The position numbers and the translations under genes were made by a program. A stretch of 64,000 nt of DNA from Lama glama (taxonomy: Eukaryota): assembly GCA_028534125.1 (NCBI GenBank), contig CM052816.1, positions 43,092,001 through 43,156,000 on the forward strand. The letters run 5' to 3'. The notes beneath the pieces are model-generated. The model was not told where the DNA came from, made no database searches, and was given only the letters and a program-made list of their open reading frames with translations. This document shows positions 38,001 to 50,261 of this stretch, piece by piece; within the stretch, counting starts at the first letter, position 1, and every line of letters starts with the position of its first letter.

Positions 38001-39514
38001 CTCAGACTGATGGACCTAACTTATAAAACCAAAAATGAGAACTAAACTGTAGTCAATAATAAGGTTACTTTTAAAATTTCTCTTCATCACTAAAAAGCTT
38101 GATCCTATGTGAAGTCCTTACCCTAAATTCCATTTCATGATCACAACCTTGGCCACTAATTAGTCTAACTCTGGGGTTCTACTAGTAGCTCTCAAAATCT
38201 TATGATCCAGTGAGTAATGGAAAAGTCCTTGGCATCAAAACCTTGCTTCGTGAACAGAACCAGGTCTTTTGATTCCAACGCAGCTCCTTAAATCACATTT
38301 TCTGGAGCTCAGCCCAGCTGCATTAATAATCCTTCCTCTCACGTGATCGGCTTTGCCCTTTCTCTCTTGCTCCTGTTTGCAGCATCTTAAATCGGAGTGT
38401 TATGTGGAAGTAGTGTGAGAAAGGCGAGGTTTCCTTCCTTGTTTTCAAAGGCGACTCTGACAACATCAGGATCTGGAAAAGCAACTCTAATGGTTCTCCT
38501 GTTATCCCTAAAGAGCGTGAAAGCATTTAAGTGGGACAAAGGGGAATAACTGACGCCGATTTTGACCAACAGCTGTTTGCCAGACTGTGCTAAATATAGA
38601 GTGAACCCTCCAGTTTGTGAGCATTGGAAGAATAATTTCAACTAAAATTAAGCATAACAGCAACAACAAAATGGGGTTTTCCTCAAACAAATTTAAAGAT
38701 AATATAATTTATTGAGTCTAGTTTTTACAAATGTAAAGATAATACAATAATTTGAGTTACTAGTTTTTTCCCTTAAATTCCATTTCCTTATACCTAGCCA
38801 AAAAGTCTGCTCCTAGTGAAGAGACACCTGTGCTTTGCTTATGGCCTTGCTGTCAGCAGTACATCCCCCCTTCAGTACCTCATAGTTTCTGGGGGAGAAA
38901 AAAGACACTTGTCCTCACATGAAGATTGAAGACCTGGGTGTACTTTCTGTCGCTTATTTTCTAGATAAGGCTACTGCTCCTGATAGAGATTAAATGAAGA
39001 CCAATTGTGATGAGCCGTCCAGGACAACACACTTGAGTCAGGTGGTTTGTTGAGTTATGTTGATATGATGCACTTGAAATCTCTGAAACTTGTACTGGAT
39101 AAAGAAGTGCTGCAAGTTATGAGCTGAAAAAGACCAAGCGCGTAACTTGTTCCTTCCTTTTCTGGTGCTGTCCCTCTCTTGTAAGATGTCCCTGAGCTAG
39201 CATTTGCTTTTATCTTGCATGGTTTAGTAAAGAGTCTTTCTTTGATCTTTTGAATAAACTGGGCACTTTATGTTCCTGATGGTGCTTTGTCCACATGGAT
39301 ATAATTTCATCTTCCCACCAGAGTAAACTCGAGCCATCCCTTTTTTAAGGGATCTTTCACTCCTTTAACTTTCAGTTCTAAAATGTTTCTGTCCATTTTT
39401 TCTGTCTCTTTTTGTATGACCTCACCTGGTGCTTACATGCTAATGTTCCCCTGGTGGCCACTGTAGGACCACTTTGAGATGCTTTTGCTGGTGTTGGAGG
39501 GGCTCTCACTCTTT

Positions 39515-40110
39515 GTTTTCAAACAGCTTTATTGAGGTGTAATTCATGTACCGTACAACTCACTCAGTTAGAGTATACAATTCAGTGGTTTTAAATGTAT
39601 TCATGGAGTTTTATATCTATCACATGATCAGTTTTAGGACATTTTCATTAGCCCAAAAAGAAATCCTGAACCTTTTAATTATCACTCCCATCTCTCTACC
39701 CTTTTTCTTCCACCCTACCCGACCCAGTCTTAGGCAACCACTCATCTATTTTCTGTCTCTGTAGATTTTCCTACTCTGGATAGTTCATATAAATGGAAAT
39801 GTATAATATGTGATCCTTTAAGACTGGCTTATTTTCACTTGGCATGTTTTCAAGGCTCATCCATGTTGTAACTTGTATTAGTACTTTATTTCCTTTATCT
39901 GCTAAATGATTTTTCATTGTATGGATATACTGCATTATATCCATTCCCCACTTGAATGCTGTGAATGTCTATGTATCAGTTTTGGGATGGATACATGTCT
40001 TCCTTTCTCTTGAGTGGAATTCCTTAGAAGGGAATTGCTGGTTATATGGTCATTCTCCATGTAGCCACTGAGACATGGTTTGAGGAACTGCCAGACTGTT
40101 TTCCAAAGTT
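39515..40110 (-). mobile_element. L1MB-like 3' end, antisense
   Basis: 'aacagctttattgaggtgtaattca', 'ggcaaccactcatctattttctgtctctgtagattttcct', 'gaggaactgccagactgttttccaaag'. Confidence 0.85.
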
Positions 40111-40764
40111 ATCATCTACTGTGGTTTGAACCACCATAAGTAGTGGTGGTGATGGTCAGGGAGCTTCAGACAAGTATAGGGTACTCATTGCTGATCACAT
40201 TTCTTATCTGGCCTCCCAGCCTTCAGCCCTTTCCTCTTCAAACCAACCCCTTAATAGAGATCAGCGTGAACTGTCTAAAGGCATATCTAATTATGTCCTT
40301 TTCCTGCTTAAAACTCTCATGTGTTTTTTCATCAGCACCTGGATGAGTCCAAGCCCTTGGTAGCAACATGTGTAAGAACCCCCACCATCTGCATACTGCC
40401 CTTCCCTCCAGCCTGGTCTTGCTCCCCTTCCTGCCCTCACTTCAGGTTCCAGTAGCACCTTGTGGCTCTGGTTCCCCTCAGACAACATGGTCAGTCAATC
40501 TTAGGACAATCTACTGCTTCTAAGCCCAGTTTCGGTTATTTCTATACTGGAATTTGGGAAGTTCAGTGTGATTTGAAAAGTAAAGAATCAAGCAGACTTA
40601 TAGTTTTGGAGTAATCTGGAGACAGTTGAGGAAGATGTAGTTGGATAATTAGACATTTGGTATGCGGGGATGAGAGCAGTGCAAAATCGGTGAATTGCAG
40701 CAGGTTTCCCAGATCTGATAAATTGTGAACGCTAATTTCAAGGCAAGTATAGTTTATCTATGTG

Positions 40765-41400
40765 ATTTTACTTATTTATTCTTTGAGTATTGATTGAGCA
40801 CCTACTATGTGTCAAGCGGTGTTTCAAACCCTGGAGATGCACCAGTCAGTAGCACACAGGATATCTCCATCAACAGCACAGAATTCCTTTCCTCATGGGG
40901 TTTATATTTTATTAAGAAAAACACAATAAACAAGCAAGTGAAAAACATTCAGGTAATTATGAGTGTTAGGAGTAAAATAGGACAGTCTGATTTTATAGTG
41001 TCTTTGCAAGGTGTTGGGGAAAACTTGGATGGACAGAGAAAGCCTCACTGAATTGGCAACATTTGAGCTGATATCTAAAAGACACGGAGTCAGCCAGGTG
41101 AAGATCTGGGGCTATAAATTCCAAATGGAGGGCGAAGAGGGATAAATTGAGAGTTCGGGATTCATAGATACTAACTACTCTATGTAAAATAAACAACAAG
41201 GTCCTACTGTATAGCACAGGGAACTATATTCAGGGCCTTGTAATGGCCAATAATGGAAAACAATATGAAAAGGAATATATATATGTATAAATGAATCATT
41301 ATGCTATATACCAGAAATTAATTCAACATTATAAATTGACTGTACTTCAATTCAAAAAAAAGTTCAAAATGGAGAGGTCATCAAGGGCAAAGGTGCTGAG
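40765..41400 (-). mobile_element. L2 fragment hosting a short L1 insertion
   Basis: 'tattgattgagcacctactatgtgtca', 'acatttgagctga'. L2 text resumes after the L1 ('gggcaaaggtgctgag'). Confidence 0.7.
41131..41360 (+). mobile_element. Short 5'-truncated lineage-specific L1 3' end (sense) with ~15-bp TSD
   Basis: 'caaggtcctactgtatagcacagggaactatattc…gactgtacttcaattc' + A tail. TSD aaattccaaatggag (41116-41130) / aagttcaaaatggag (41360-41374). Confidence 0.9.
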
Positions 41401-41544
41401 ACTTAGGTGACAACTGAGCTTAATTATCTAATAGCAGAGAGATAGTGATCATATCTATCCTCAGTATAACAGTTTATATTTAAAATTGTTCCATCAAAAC
41501 TCAAACTAGGCAATTGACCCATCTGAAGTAAATAAATATATACT

Positions 41545-41936
41545 TGTATTAGTCTGCTTAGGCTGCCTTAAGAAAATACTGCAGACTGGGTGGCTTAAAC
41601 AACAGAAATGTATTTTCTTACAGTTAAGAAGGCTAGAAGTTCAGGATCAGACCAGCACATTCAGTTTCTGGTGAGAGCTTTATTCCTGGCTTGCAGAGAG
41701 TCGCCTTTCTGCTATGTTTTCACATGGTCTTTCCTCTGTGCACACCCAGAGAGAGGGAGCTCTCTGGTGTCTCTTCCTCCTCATATACGGATACCAGGCC
41801 CCTAAAATTAGAGCCCTACCCCTATTATCTCATCTAACCCTAATTATCTTCTGAAGACCCCATTTCCAAATACTATCATGCTGGAGGTTAAGGCTTGAGC
41901 ATAGGAATTTGGGGAGAACATAATTCCATCCATAAA
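41545..41936 (-). mobile_element. MLT1A/MLT1A0-like MaLR solo LTR
   Basis: 'tgtattagtctgcttaggctgcc…cagactgggtggcttaaacaacagaaat…cataattccatccataa'. Confidence 0.9.
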
Positions 41937-43079
41937 ATAATTTGAGTCTTTTGAACACCCTAAAAAAATAATTACCATCAATTAACCAAGCAATTAGATT
42001 GGGAGGTACAAAGAGTTGCACAATGGACTAATTTCCTAATTATTGATGGACCTTATTCCCTCCTTTTCACACAAAACATACACATCTTAATATTTAATGT
42101 GTGTGCAATTTCAGTGTTTAAAAAAAATTCTTGACCTTTTAAAACGTTTTACTTTTTAAGGATGAAAGTCCAATGCACTCCAGTTTGTGACTGCCAATCA
42201 CTACTGAAAGATATTCGAAGAAAGATCTTAGGGTTTAACTATAACCTGTCCTAAGTAAAGTGGTGTCTTTGATGTGCAGATGAAAGCAATTTTCAGTTGT
42301 AACAACAAAATGACATGCAAAGGATGAAAAGTCATGAGACAATGTAAGACGAGAAAGAAAAGATAGCAGTAAGTATGAGGTCTCTAACAACTTTTTAGAT
42401 TTTATTGAATAATATGACTAAGTGGAATAGTCATTAAAAAATTCAGGGTAGCAGGATCATATACTTGTGGAAATATTGTAGTTTGTAAATTCCACAAGTG
42501 TAGGAATTACACATTTTCTTTCCTATACAAGGCTAGAATAATGCTCTATGTTCAGTCTACGAATCACAAATGATAGTGCTGGAAGGAACAAAGATTATAA
42601 ATACTTGAAGGTCATTTTTAAGAGAAAATACATCAGAATGTAGTTCTGGAATCTTTCTCAGATTCAGACAAGTGAGTGCTGTATTTTAGAACACAATGTC
42701 TAAGAGACATTCAATCACTAATGTACTGAAATACATTTTTCAGAATGGATATGGCTCTAATGCTAATTTACTTCAAAAAATAATTACCGCTTCTGGGAAA
42801 TTTCATGGTGCAGTATGAAAATAAATGTTCTAACCAAATACTAAGGTGTCTGTACGTATTGTACAGCTCCCTATGGGTAAAGAAGTAATCAGACTCTTAA
42901 CATATAACTTAAATAGTAAATTTTAAACATTAAATTAAAATGAAGCTGTCTAATATGGAGGGAATACAGGAGAAATATATTATGTGTTTCCTTTTTATGA
43001 AGCACTGGAAGTGCTTGAGAAAGGATATTTTGCAATAATGCTGACTGGACTCACTATGAATTTATGACTACAAATTCAA

Positions 43080-44290
43080 AATAGACAGTCAACACTGCCA
43101 GGCAGTCTTACTCCTCTTTAATTAAGTCACCTCTTCTGAGACAATGCTTTTATTCTTTTTTTTTCTTCTCAAACATCCAGCAGCCTCTTCCAGTTGATCT
43201 CTTCTCCAAATACTTATAGAGAAAATAAGTACATTTCGACTCTGGATCCCCTGCTCAAAATCTCAGCTCTTGCAATGCTCTTGTTTTCCACCTGTTTCTG
43301 AAATTTCTTTCCTTTTTTACTATGTAATTCCCATTTAGCATATAATAGGTATTAATGCCACTCATTTATAATTAAAGGAGCAAAAATCCCCATTTTCAGC
43401 TCGTACCATCCTCCAGCCACTCCTCCATCCCCTTCATACTTCAAGGTGTTTCTTTTTGCATTATGCTTTTTTTCATGTCATATCTTCTCAATCCAGTTCA
43501 AGTAGAGTTTCATTCCTTAAACTCCATTAAAATGGCTTCTACAAGGTCAGTGTCTTATTAAAGCCAAACCTAATAATGATGGTGATAATAGCACATCTCT
43601 ACAAAGCTTACTGTACATTAGGTACTATTTGAAGTGCTTAATCTGTATTAACTCATTTAGTTCTCATAACTACATATTATAAGGTAGGTACTATTATAAG
43701 ACCCATTTTACAAATAAAGACACTGGAAGGTTCAATAACTTAACAGAGGTCTCCCTGTTGGTAGGTTCAGAATTTGAACCTGAGCCTCCTGGTTCAGGAT
43801 TTCTTCTCTAAACCACTACATTCCTCTTCTTCGGTACGCTGCTTCCCATCTCACCAGCACTTAACGTGCTTGACAGTGTCCTCCTACAGGAACCACTTCA
43901 TTTCTAAGCCTCTGTGAACTATCCAGAGTTTTAAGTTTTATTTTAAGTAACTAATTCATTTTAATTTATTGCTTTTTTGGCTCTTCTTTCTGAGTTTTAT
44001 CTGCTGGCTCCTCTTCCTCCATCAGCCCTTCAAGGGTACAGATCCCTAGAGCTCTGTCCTCAGCCCTCTTCTTTACTCATCCTAGGCACAATAGCTTAAA
44101 GTACCATGTCTACACTGTGGACTCTCAAATGTACATCTCTGGGCTGATCTTCTCCCATGAGCTCCAGACTTAGTTAGTGACCTACTCACCATCTCTACTT
44201 TGACTTCTGATAGGCGCCTCAAACTTAGTATTGGCCAAGACAAGACTACTGATTCTTTCCTCTACCCACCCCTGCAAAGATCCCATCCCC
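43080..44290 (+). mobile_element. L2 fragments interrupted by a MIR (-, ~43575-43830)
   Basis: L2: 'ctctgtcctcagccctcttct…gagctccagact'. MIR: 'gtattaactcatttagttctcataac…aggtaggtactattat…cccattttaca'. Confidence 0.7.
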
Positions 44291-45860
44291 GAAAGTCTTT
44301 CATATTTCAATTAATGACAGGAAAGCCATGGAAAGTGCATAACTATTCTTGGTGCAAACTGAACCAGATTCTCTTTGGAGTGCTGTTTGGGATTCCTATG
44401 GTCAATTTTTGGATAGGTGCTGCGAGTGCCTATTGGAAGTGTCCAGGTAAGAGAGCTGGTGTCCATAATGAAGGAAACTAACTTCTGTTATGTATATTCC
44501 AGCCAGTTACATGCTGTAGATATTACAAAAATATGCACTTGGCCACAGCATCACAGCAAAGTTTTAGGAGAGGATTGGGAATCAAAAGCTGAGAGTAGCT
44601 TTTAAAATGATAAGAACGTTTTAAACAGCATTTTGAATCCTTTGTTGAATCCATACATTGTTGAATCAGATTTCCCCATTTTATAAAGTGCCTGTTCCCA
44701 TTTTGATAAAGACAGTCTGACAGATCATATGTGCTTTCCCACACGAATCTGTCAGTGCACTCATCTTTATCCACCACCTCCACCTATGGTTCAAATTTGA
44801 AACTTTCTGAAGCAGAGAATGCTAGTCAGTCAGAGGCAGTTTGACAAAGATTCAAAAGTAAAAACTCATCTTAAACCTTAATTTAGCTGGGATTGTAAGC
44901 TACACCAAATAGGTGCACAGATAAAGGATGGGGCTTTTGTGGCATCCCTGACGCCCCAGGTTGGGTATACAAACTGAACAGTACTATTACATTTGTATAT
45001 ATGACCTTTGAAATCCTTTTCATCTTTATGCATTTAGACATCCAAGAATGTCTCAGAAAACTGTCATTTGTATATTGTTGCATGACTTTTTCCAAAAATC
45101 CAGATCTTGCTACAATCCAAATGCTTTCTTGGAAACCTAAAGTGTAATCTCACTCTGAATGATAACTTCTACTTCTGTTGAGGCCGATGATGTCATCAAT
45201 GAAAGGGGGTGACAAATATTTCTCATGAGAAGAGTTGGGTGTTTTTCTTGCAAACCACAGGATGGATGTCATCTCTTAAAGGAAAAGCATTTTCTCGTCT
45301 GAAATGCACATTATGGATCCTCAGTGACATCCAGACTTTGGTAAAGCGTGCAGTGAGTCTAAGCTTATGAATCTTGGTTATGGTATTTTTCCTAAACCAG
45401 TGGATTCAAAAAATCAAACTCTGTAAGTATTATATTCTAGTTCTCCAGTTTTTTCAAAAAGAAGAATCTATTTTAATAGTTTTACTTTTTAATTTCCATA
45501 TTTAATATATGCACATGGCACTCTCTTCAAAAGGTACTAAATGACCCACAGTGAAAATTCTTTCTTATACTCTGTTCTATTACCTCGTTCTCACTGGAGG
45601 GAACTAGGGTTACTAATTTCTAGGCATATATAATACTATAATTTTTTGACCATTAAGGTTACATTAACATACAAATTAATGTAAATCACTAAAAGCTTGA
45701 ATATACTTTTAAAATTATGTACTATCATTATATAAGTAAATGTATTAGCTGAGGACAGTAAGTAGACTCATAAAAGAAAATTTTCAGCTCTAATAAGTAT
45801 TTCATTCTCTTTGTATTGTTTACCATAATACATTTGTTGTGTCTTACACATTCTCTGCCA

Positions 45861-46040
45861 AGTATTTCATTTCATTGATTCTGAGATGAACTTTTATTTC
45901 ACATTTTAACACTTCAGAAATTAAAATGTTTCTCATAATTATTGGCTTCTTAAAATTAGTTGGCAATGTTTTTATTTCTAAATTGCATAATAAACAATAG
46001 TATGACAGAATAATTGTGTCTTAGGTTAGATGAAATACGA
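45861..46040. mobile_element. MER104-like (TcMar-Tc2) MITE
   Basis: TIRs 'gtatttcat…gattctgagatg' / 'gtgtcttaggttagatgaaatacg'; internal 'tttcacattttaaca'. Confidence 0.7.
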
Positions 46041-48034
46041 TATTTTGTTCTCTGACATGTTTTCTTGAAATAAATGACAAATTGGCATTATACTGAATTA
46101 AAAAATTAGGAAAAGATTGCTAGGTTTCTATTTAGACCTCCAAATAAAACTCAGAAACATTTAAAGTTTATTCTCAATCATTAATTGCTTTTAGGCTTTA
46201 GGCTACAGTGTGACGAATATAGCTGGCATTTAAAAAATACAATATGCTGACTTTCAAATGTCACTGCATGTTGTAGGTGAAGAAATACTGTGGGATAGTT
46301 TAAGCACAATGTTTAATAAGGTGACTAAATCTATGTATTTTAAAAATGCCAGTGCTTGGGCATTTATTCTAAGGACAGCCCCACCAAGGACGTTAACTTG
46401 AGAACTGTCCTCTGGCTTTACTCAGACAAGCATTTAGTTACTGGGAAAATGTTGAGCAGCACCTCCACTGCTGCTTTGTGTACAAGGTACAGAAATGGTA
46501 GCCTCACCTGTACTGACATGCGGACATGTACTTTTTTCTCATGAGACAGTACAGACAGGGGTCCAGTGGATAGTGTGCTACAATGTAGACATTGTGTGTG
46601 CTTCTTCTGAAACATTTGTGGTGTTCTTTCTACATGCCTGGTGCTATATTAGGTACTGAAGTATAGGGAATACCAGAGTAAATAAGGTGTGGATGCTTCA
46701 TAGAGCTTGGTTCTATTAATATTTAAAAGCAGTGTGCAAATGGCTAGAAAAACGAATTAGTAATCAGTGCCAGAAAAGGTACATAGATAGAGAAACATTA
46801 CATCACCAGAGAAAGATAAGGAAATCTTCATAGAGAAAATTTTCATACAAAACTGATGAAAAATTAACAATACAGGAAGTTAGTTAGTTGTTTGGTCTCA
46901 GTTATTGGAAAAATAATTTCACTGACTTTTCATGTTCAATTCAGTTGAAATAGACCCCTTTCCAAGATAATAACAGTACTTTTTGTGTGTATGGTTTTAA
47001 GTATTTATAAGTTTTGTGTGTATGGTTTGTCTACCTCAAAACTCTTTCTGGGTAATCTCATCTTGTTACTTGATGAGGATAGCATGAACTTAAAATGGGT
47101 AAAATTGCTTAAAGATTTGAAAGTGTGAGAGCTATGTGAGAAATACTCAAGATTAACCATCTATTAACTGAGCTAGCTTGGTATGAAGTAAACGATCTCA
47201 AACTTGACCATACCGTCTGCCTCATGCTATGACAGAAACTTTGTGGGACTCTGTGCTTCCCATTTATTTCAAGCTTCTGTTCTTCAGATGCCACAAAGGG
47301 GAACAAACCTTCCTGGGCACATTTCCCTTGTCTAGACCAGAATCAACAAGTAGCTCATCTGATCGTCTCCTTGTTTTCTTTTAAGGAGGCACCACTGTCA
47401 GTAGAACAGTAAAAACAGATGCAAAGTAGACAATAAACATTTCCCTAGGAATTCTAGTCATCATTTGAACAGAGATTTATTGGCAGTTGGGATGTATCCC
47501 TTGCATATTTTTTTAAATAAAAAGGAAGCACAACTTTAATTTTAGTCAAAACATTGGACAGCTGAAGACATTTTAGGACCTTATTTATTATAGATTGTAA
47601 AGCATCTCCAAAAGAATCCTTTATATCAGCACCAGGTTGCTTTCTTTTTCCCCATAAAAACAATAAACCTTCTCAAATGGGGCCTACTACTGAGGAAGAA
47701 GGTTGTTTCACTGAGATCTGAAGAGAGAGTCCCAAGGAAGTGTTCCTGGACTTCAGAAACTTACAGAGACATAACTGACAGCAGAAATCTGGAGTCAGGT
47801 GCTATTGCAACAATCCTTATCCCCTGTCGTTTTAGTATAATAAGTGGGGGATAGTCCTTTTAAATGCCCAGATTGACCACAAGAAATTCTGAATTTTGGC
47901 TGATCTTAGCCAGTGACTGTGATCTTGGGAACAGGATAGACAGGAGAAATTTAATAATAAAATTAATAATATTCTATGTCATATACTTATGGCATAGACT
48001 ATATGTGGATGTCTGCTTTGCCTATAGGTATATC

Positions 48035-48465
48035 TAGTAAGGTCATTGTGTCACTTGGGGCATTGCTAGTGGCTATAAAAAATAAACTCAAACGTTTCAG
48101 TGGCTTAACACAATGGTTTCTTTCTCACATAACATTCAATGTGTGTGTTTTTGAAGCTTCCCTAGAATCCAGGTTCCTTCCATATTGGAGCTGTGCTATT
48201 TGCTAGGGGTCTTAGAGTCCTCTGTGTGTAGGCTGCAAGAGAAATACAAAGAACAGAGAAGAGAAAACACAACTTCCTTTCATTCACCTTGACTAGTAAG
48301 TGACATACTTCTACTGCACTTAAGACACTCCTCTGGGGACAGCCAGTCATATGGCGCCGTCTAGATGCAAGGGTTGCTGGGAAATGTCACTAGCTGGGTA
48401 GCTGCTTTCTGGTAAAATACACAAAGAGTGGATAAATTTGTTGGATCCACGAGATCTGTGTTATG
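48035..48465 (-). mobile_element. Old MLT1-like (MLT1I/J/K) LTR
   Basis: 'tcagtggcttaacacaa', 'agtcatatggcgccgtctagatgcaagggttgctgggaaatgt'. Confidence 0.65.
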
Positions 48466-49759
48466 GCAAGGAGTCCACAAATTTTGTCAGACAGTAAGCT
48501 GTCCCTGCACAGATAGTTGATCACACGAGGTTAGATGCAATGAAATGTCTAGTTATAATTTGTTTTGAAAAGCTATTTTGCTCTGGGGAGAATATTTCAT
48601 GGTCACCAACAGTGATTTTACAGTGTTTGTAAAAACTTCTTGAAAGAGATAAGTAGGATATGATGGTAATAAATATTTACCAGTTTACCACATATAAATC
48701 AGTGATTTACTTAGTATAAACATGGTCTGTGAATGTTCTGTTGTGTGATTCTGAATCCAGTAAACCTACTGACTCTTTTTTGAAATTTTTTGCATATCCC
48801 TTCTAAAAGGAAATGGGAATTTATGCGAAAGTACTTTTGACTTGCTTTGCTTGTCGGCAAACATTTGAGCTGGTGAGGTATTGGTATAAGGAAATTGTCT
48901 TCTGGCAAAAGTATTAACCTACAGCAGAATATAATGACAAAGAACTCTTGGACCCAGAGACACAGGTAGGTGTGTAAGAAATAGCTCCCTCATTAAAGCC
49001 AGTCTTCTGATCTTGTTTTCTATCTCTGTGTGACCCCGGGAAAGTCCTCAGTATATTTAATTGTAAAATTAAACTTGAACCTGATGATCCAGTTCAGACT
49101 ATTTCTGGCCCTAAAGATTTGTATCAATCTATAGTTTGAAGACTCTGGAATTTAATGGGACAGAGGTCATATTCTATAGAGTTCATGATACAAGGAATAG
49201 CTTGAAGAGTTAAGAGTAAAGAGAGTATTGCTAAGCATATCAAGTACTTCATTGGTGAGCAAAAAGGTAGCCATCTCTTGAGAAGTTATGTTCAGAGAAA
49301 AAGGTATTTATAATCTAAAAATAATCTGAAAATGATTTTGTAATTATCTGCCAGTTTGGGGGACTTTTAGAGTTTTATGATGCTTCTCAGCATTGTAAAT
49401 TGACTCTAGTTTGTATCATTCTTATCTATCCACTGATACTCTGCCTTGCTTTTGCTTAAAGAGTGCATCCTCCTATATTGGGAAATAGAGGTCTTTTTTT
49501 TTTTTTTTCGGTGTTATGGGAAAACCTAAGTGGTAAAGACTGAATGTATTGAATGTGAACATCCGTGAATTCTGGATGGTCTGTGAGAACAGCCAACCTT
49601 CTAAAGGAAAATGGTGTTGATTAGTTCAGACTGTTGGTAAACTTATAAACATACAGACCCTGCCCTTATCAGGTAACCCTCATGTGCCATCATTGACTAG
49701 TTTTACCATGAAAACAATTTTACTTCTTTGTAATGCCACTTTTCTTTTCTGATCTCTTT

Positions 49760-50261
49760 TGTCAACTAAAAATTGGCTTTTGACATCTGCCTCTGTAAGG
49801 ACTGAATCACATTGACACTTGCCATCTACCTCTGCTTGGATTAAATTACAATCCACTGCAGCCGCTAATCTCCAACAGTCCCTGAAAGGAATTCAGGGTG
49901 GAGATCAGGAATGAGGCACTCTCTCTGGGAAAAACTGGCAGAACAGGCCTTCAGATAGTTAGATATTTTCAGGAGAAATTTTTATTAGCCCAAATTCTTG
50001 CATCTCATATCTAGAAAAGCACTAAAACTATTAACAGTGACATCTGCTACTCTTGACTAGCAGCAAACCTCTGCTTAAGTGTGTGCTTGACTGCACAAAC
50101 CCCTCTTCATTAAAATCGTGTATAATATTGAGTTCCCCCTGCCTCTTCAGAGCAGTTCCACAGATCTGTCTGAGAGGCCCTCCCAGGCTATAGTCCTCAT
50201 TTTGCCCCAAATAAAACTTAACCCACAACTCTCACATTGTGTGATTTTATTTCATTTGGAA
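49760..50261 (+). mobile_element. MER41-like ERV1 solo LTR with 4-bp TSD (cttt)
   Basis: Starts TGTCAAC. Core 'aattcagggtggagatcaggaatgaggcactc…ctggcagaacagg…cttcagatagttagatattttcagg' resembles cetartiodactyl MER41. AATAAA near 50210. cttt at 49756-49759 and 50262-50265. Confidence 0.8.

Noticed and set aside
44200..44481. 93-aa ORF with CAG|GTAAG donor near 44448
   Set aside because: Starts inside L2, has no convincing acceptor and no recognisable protein.
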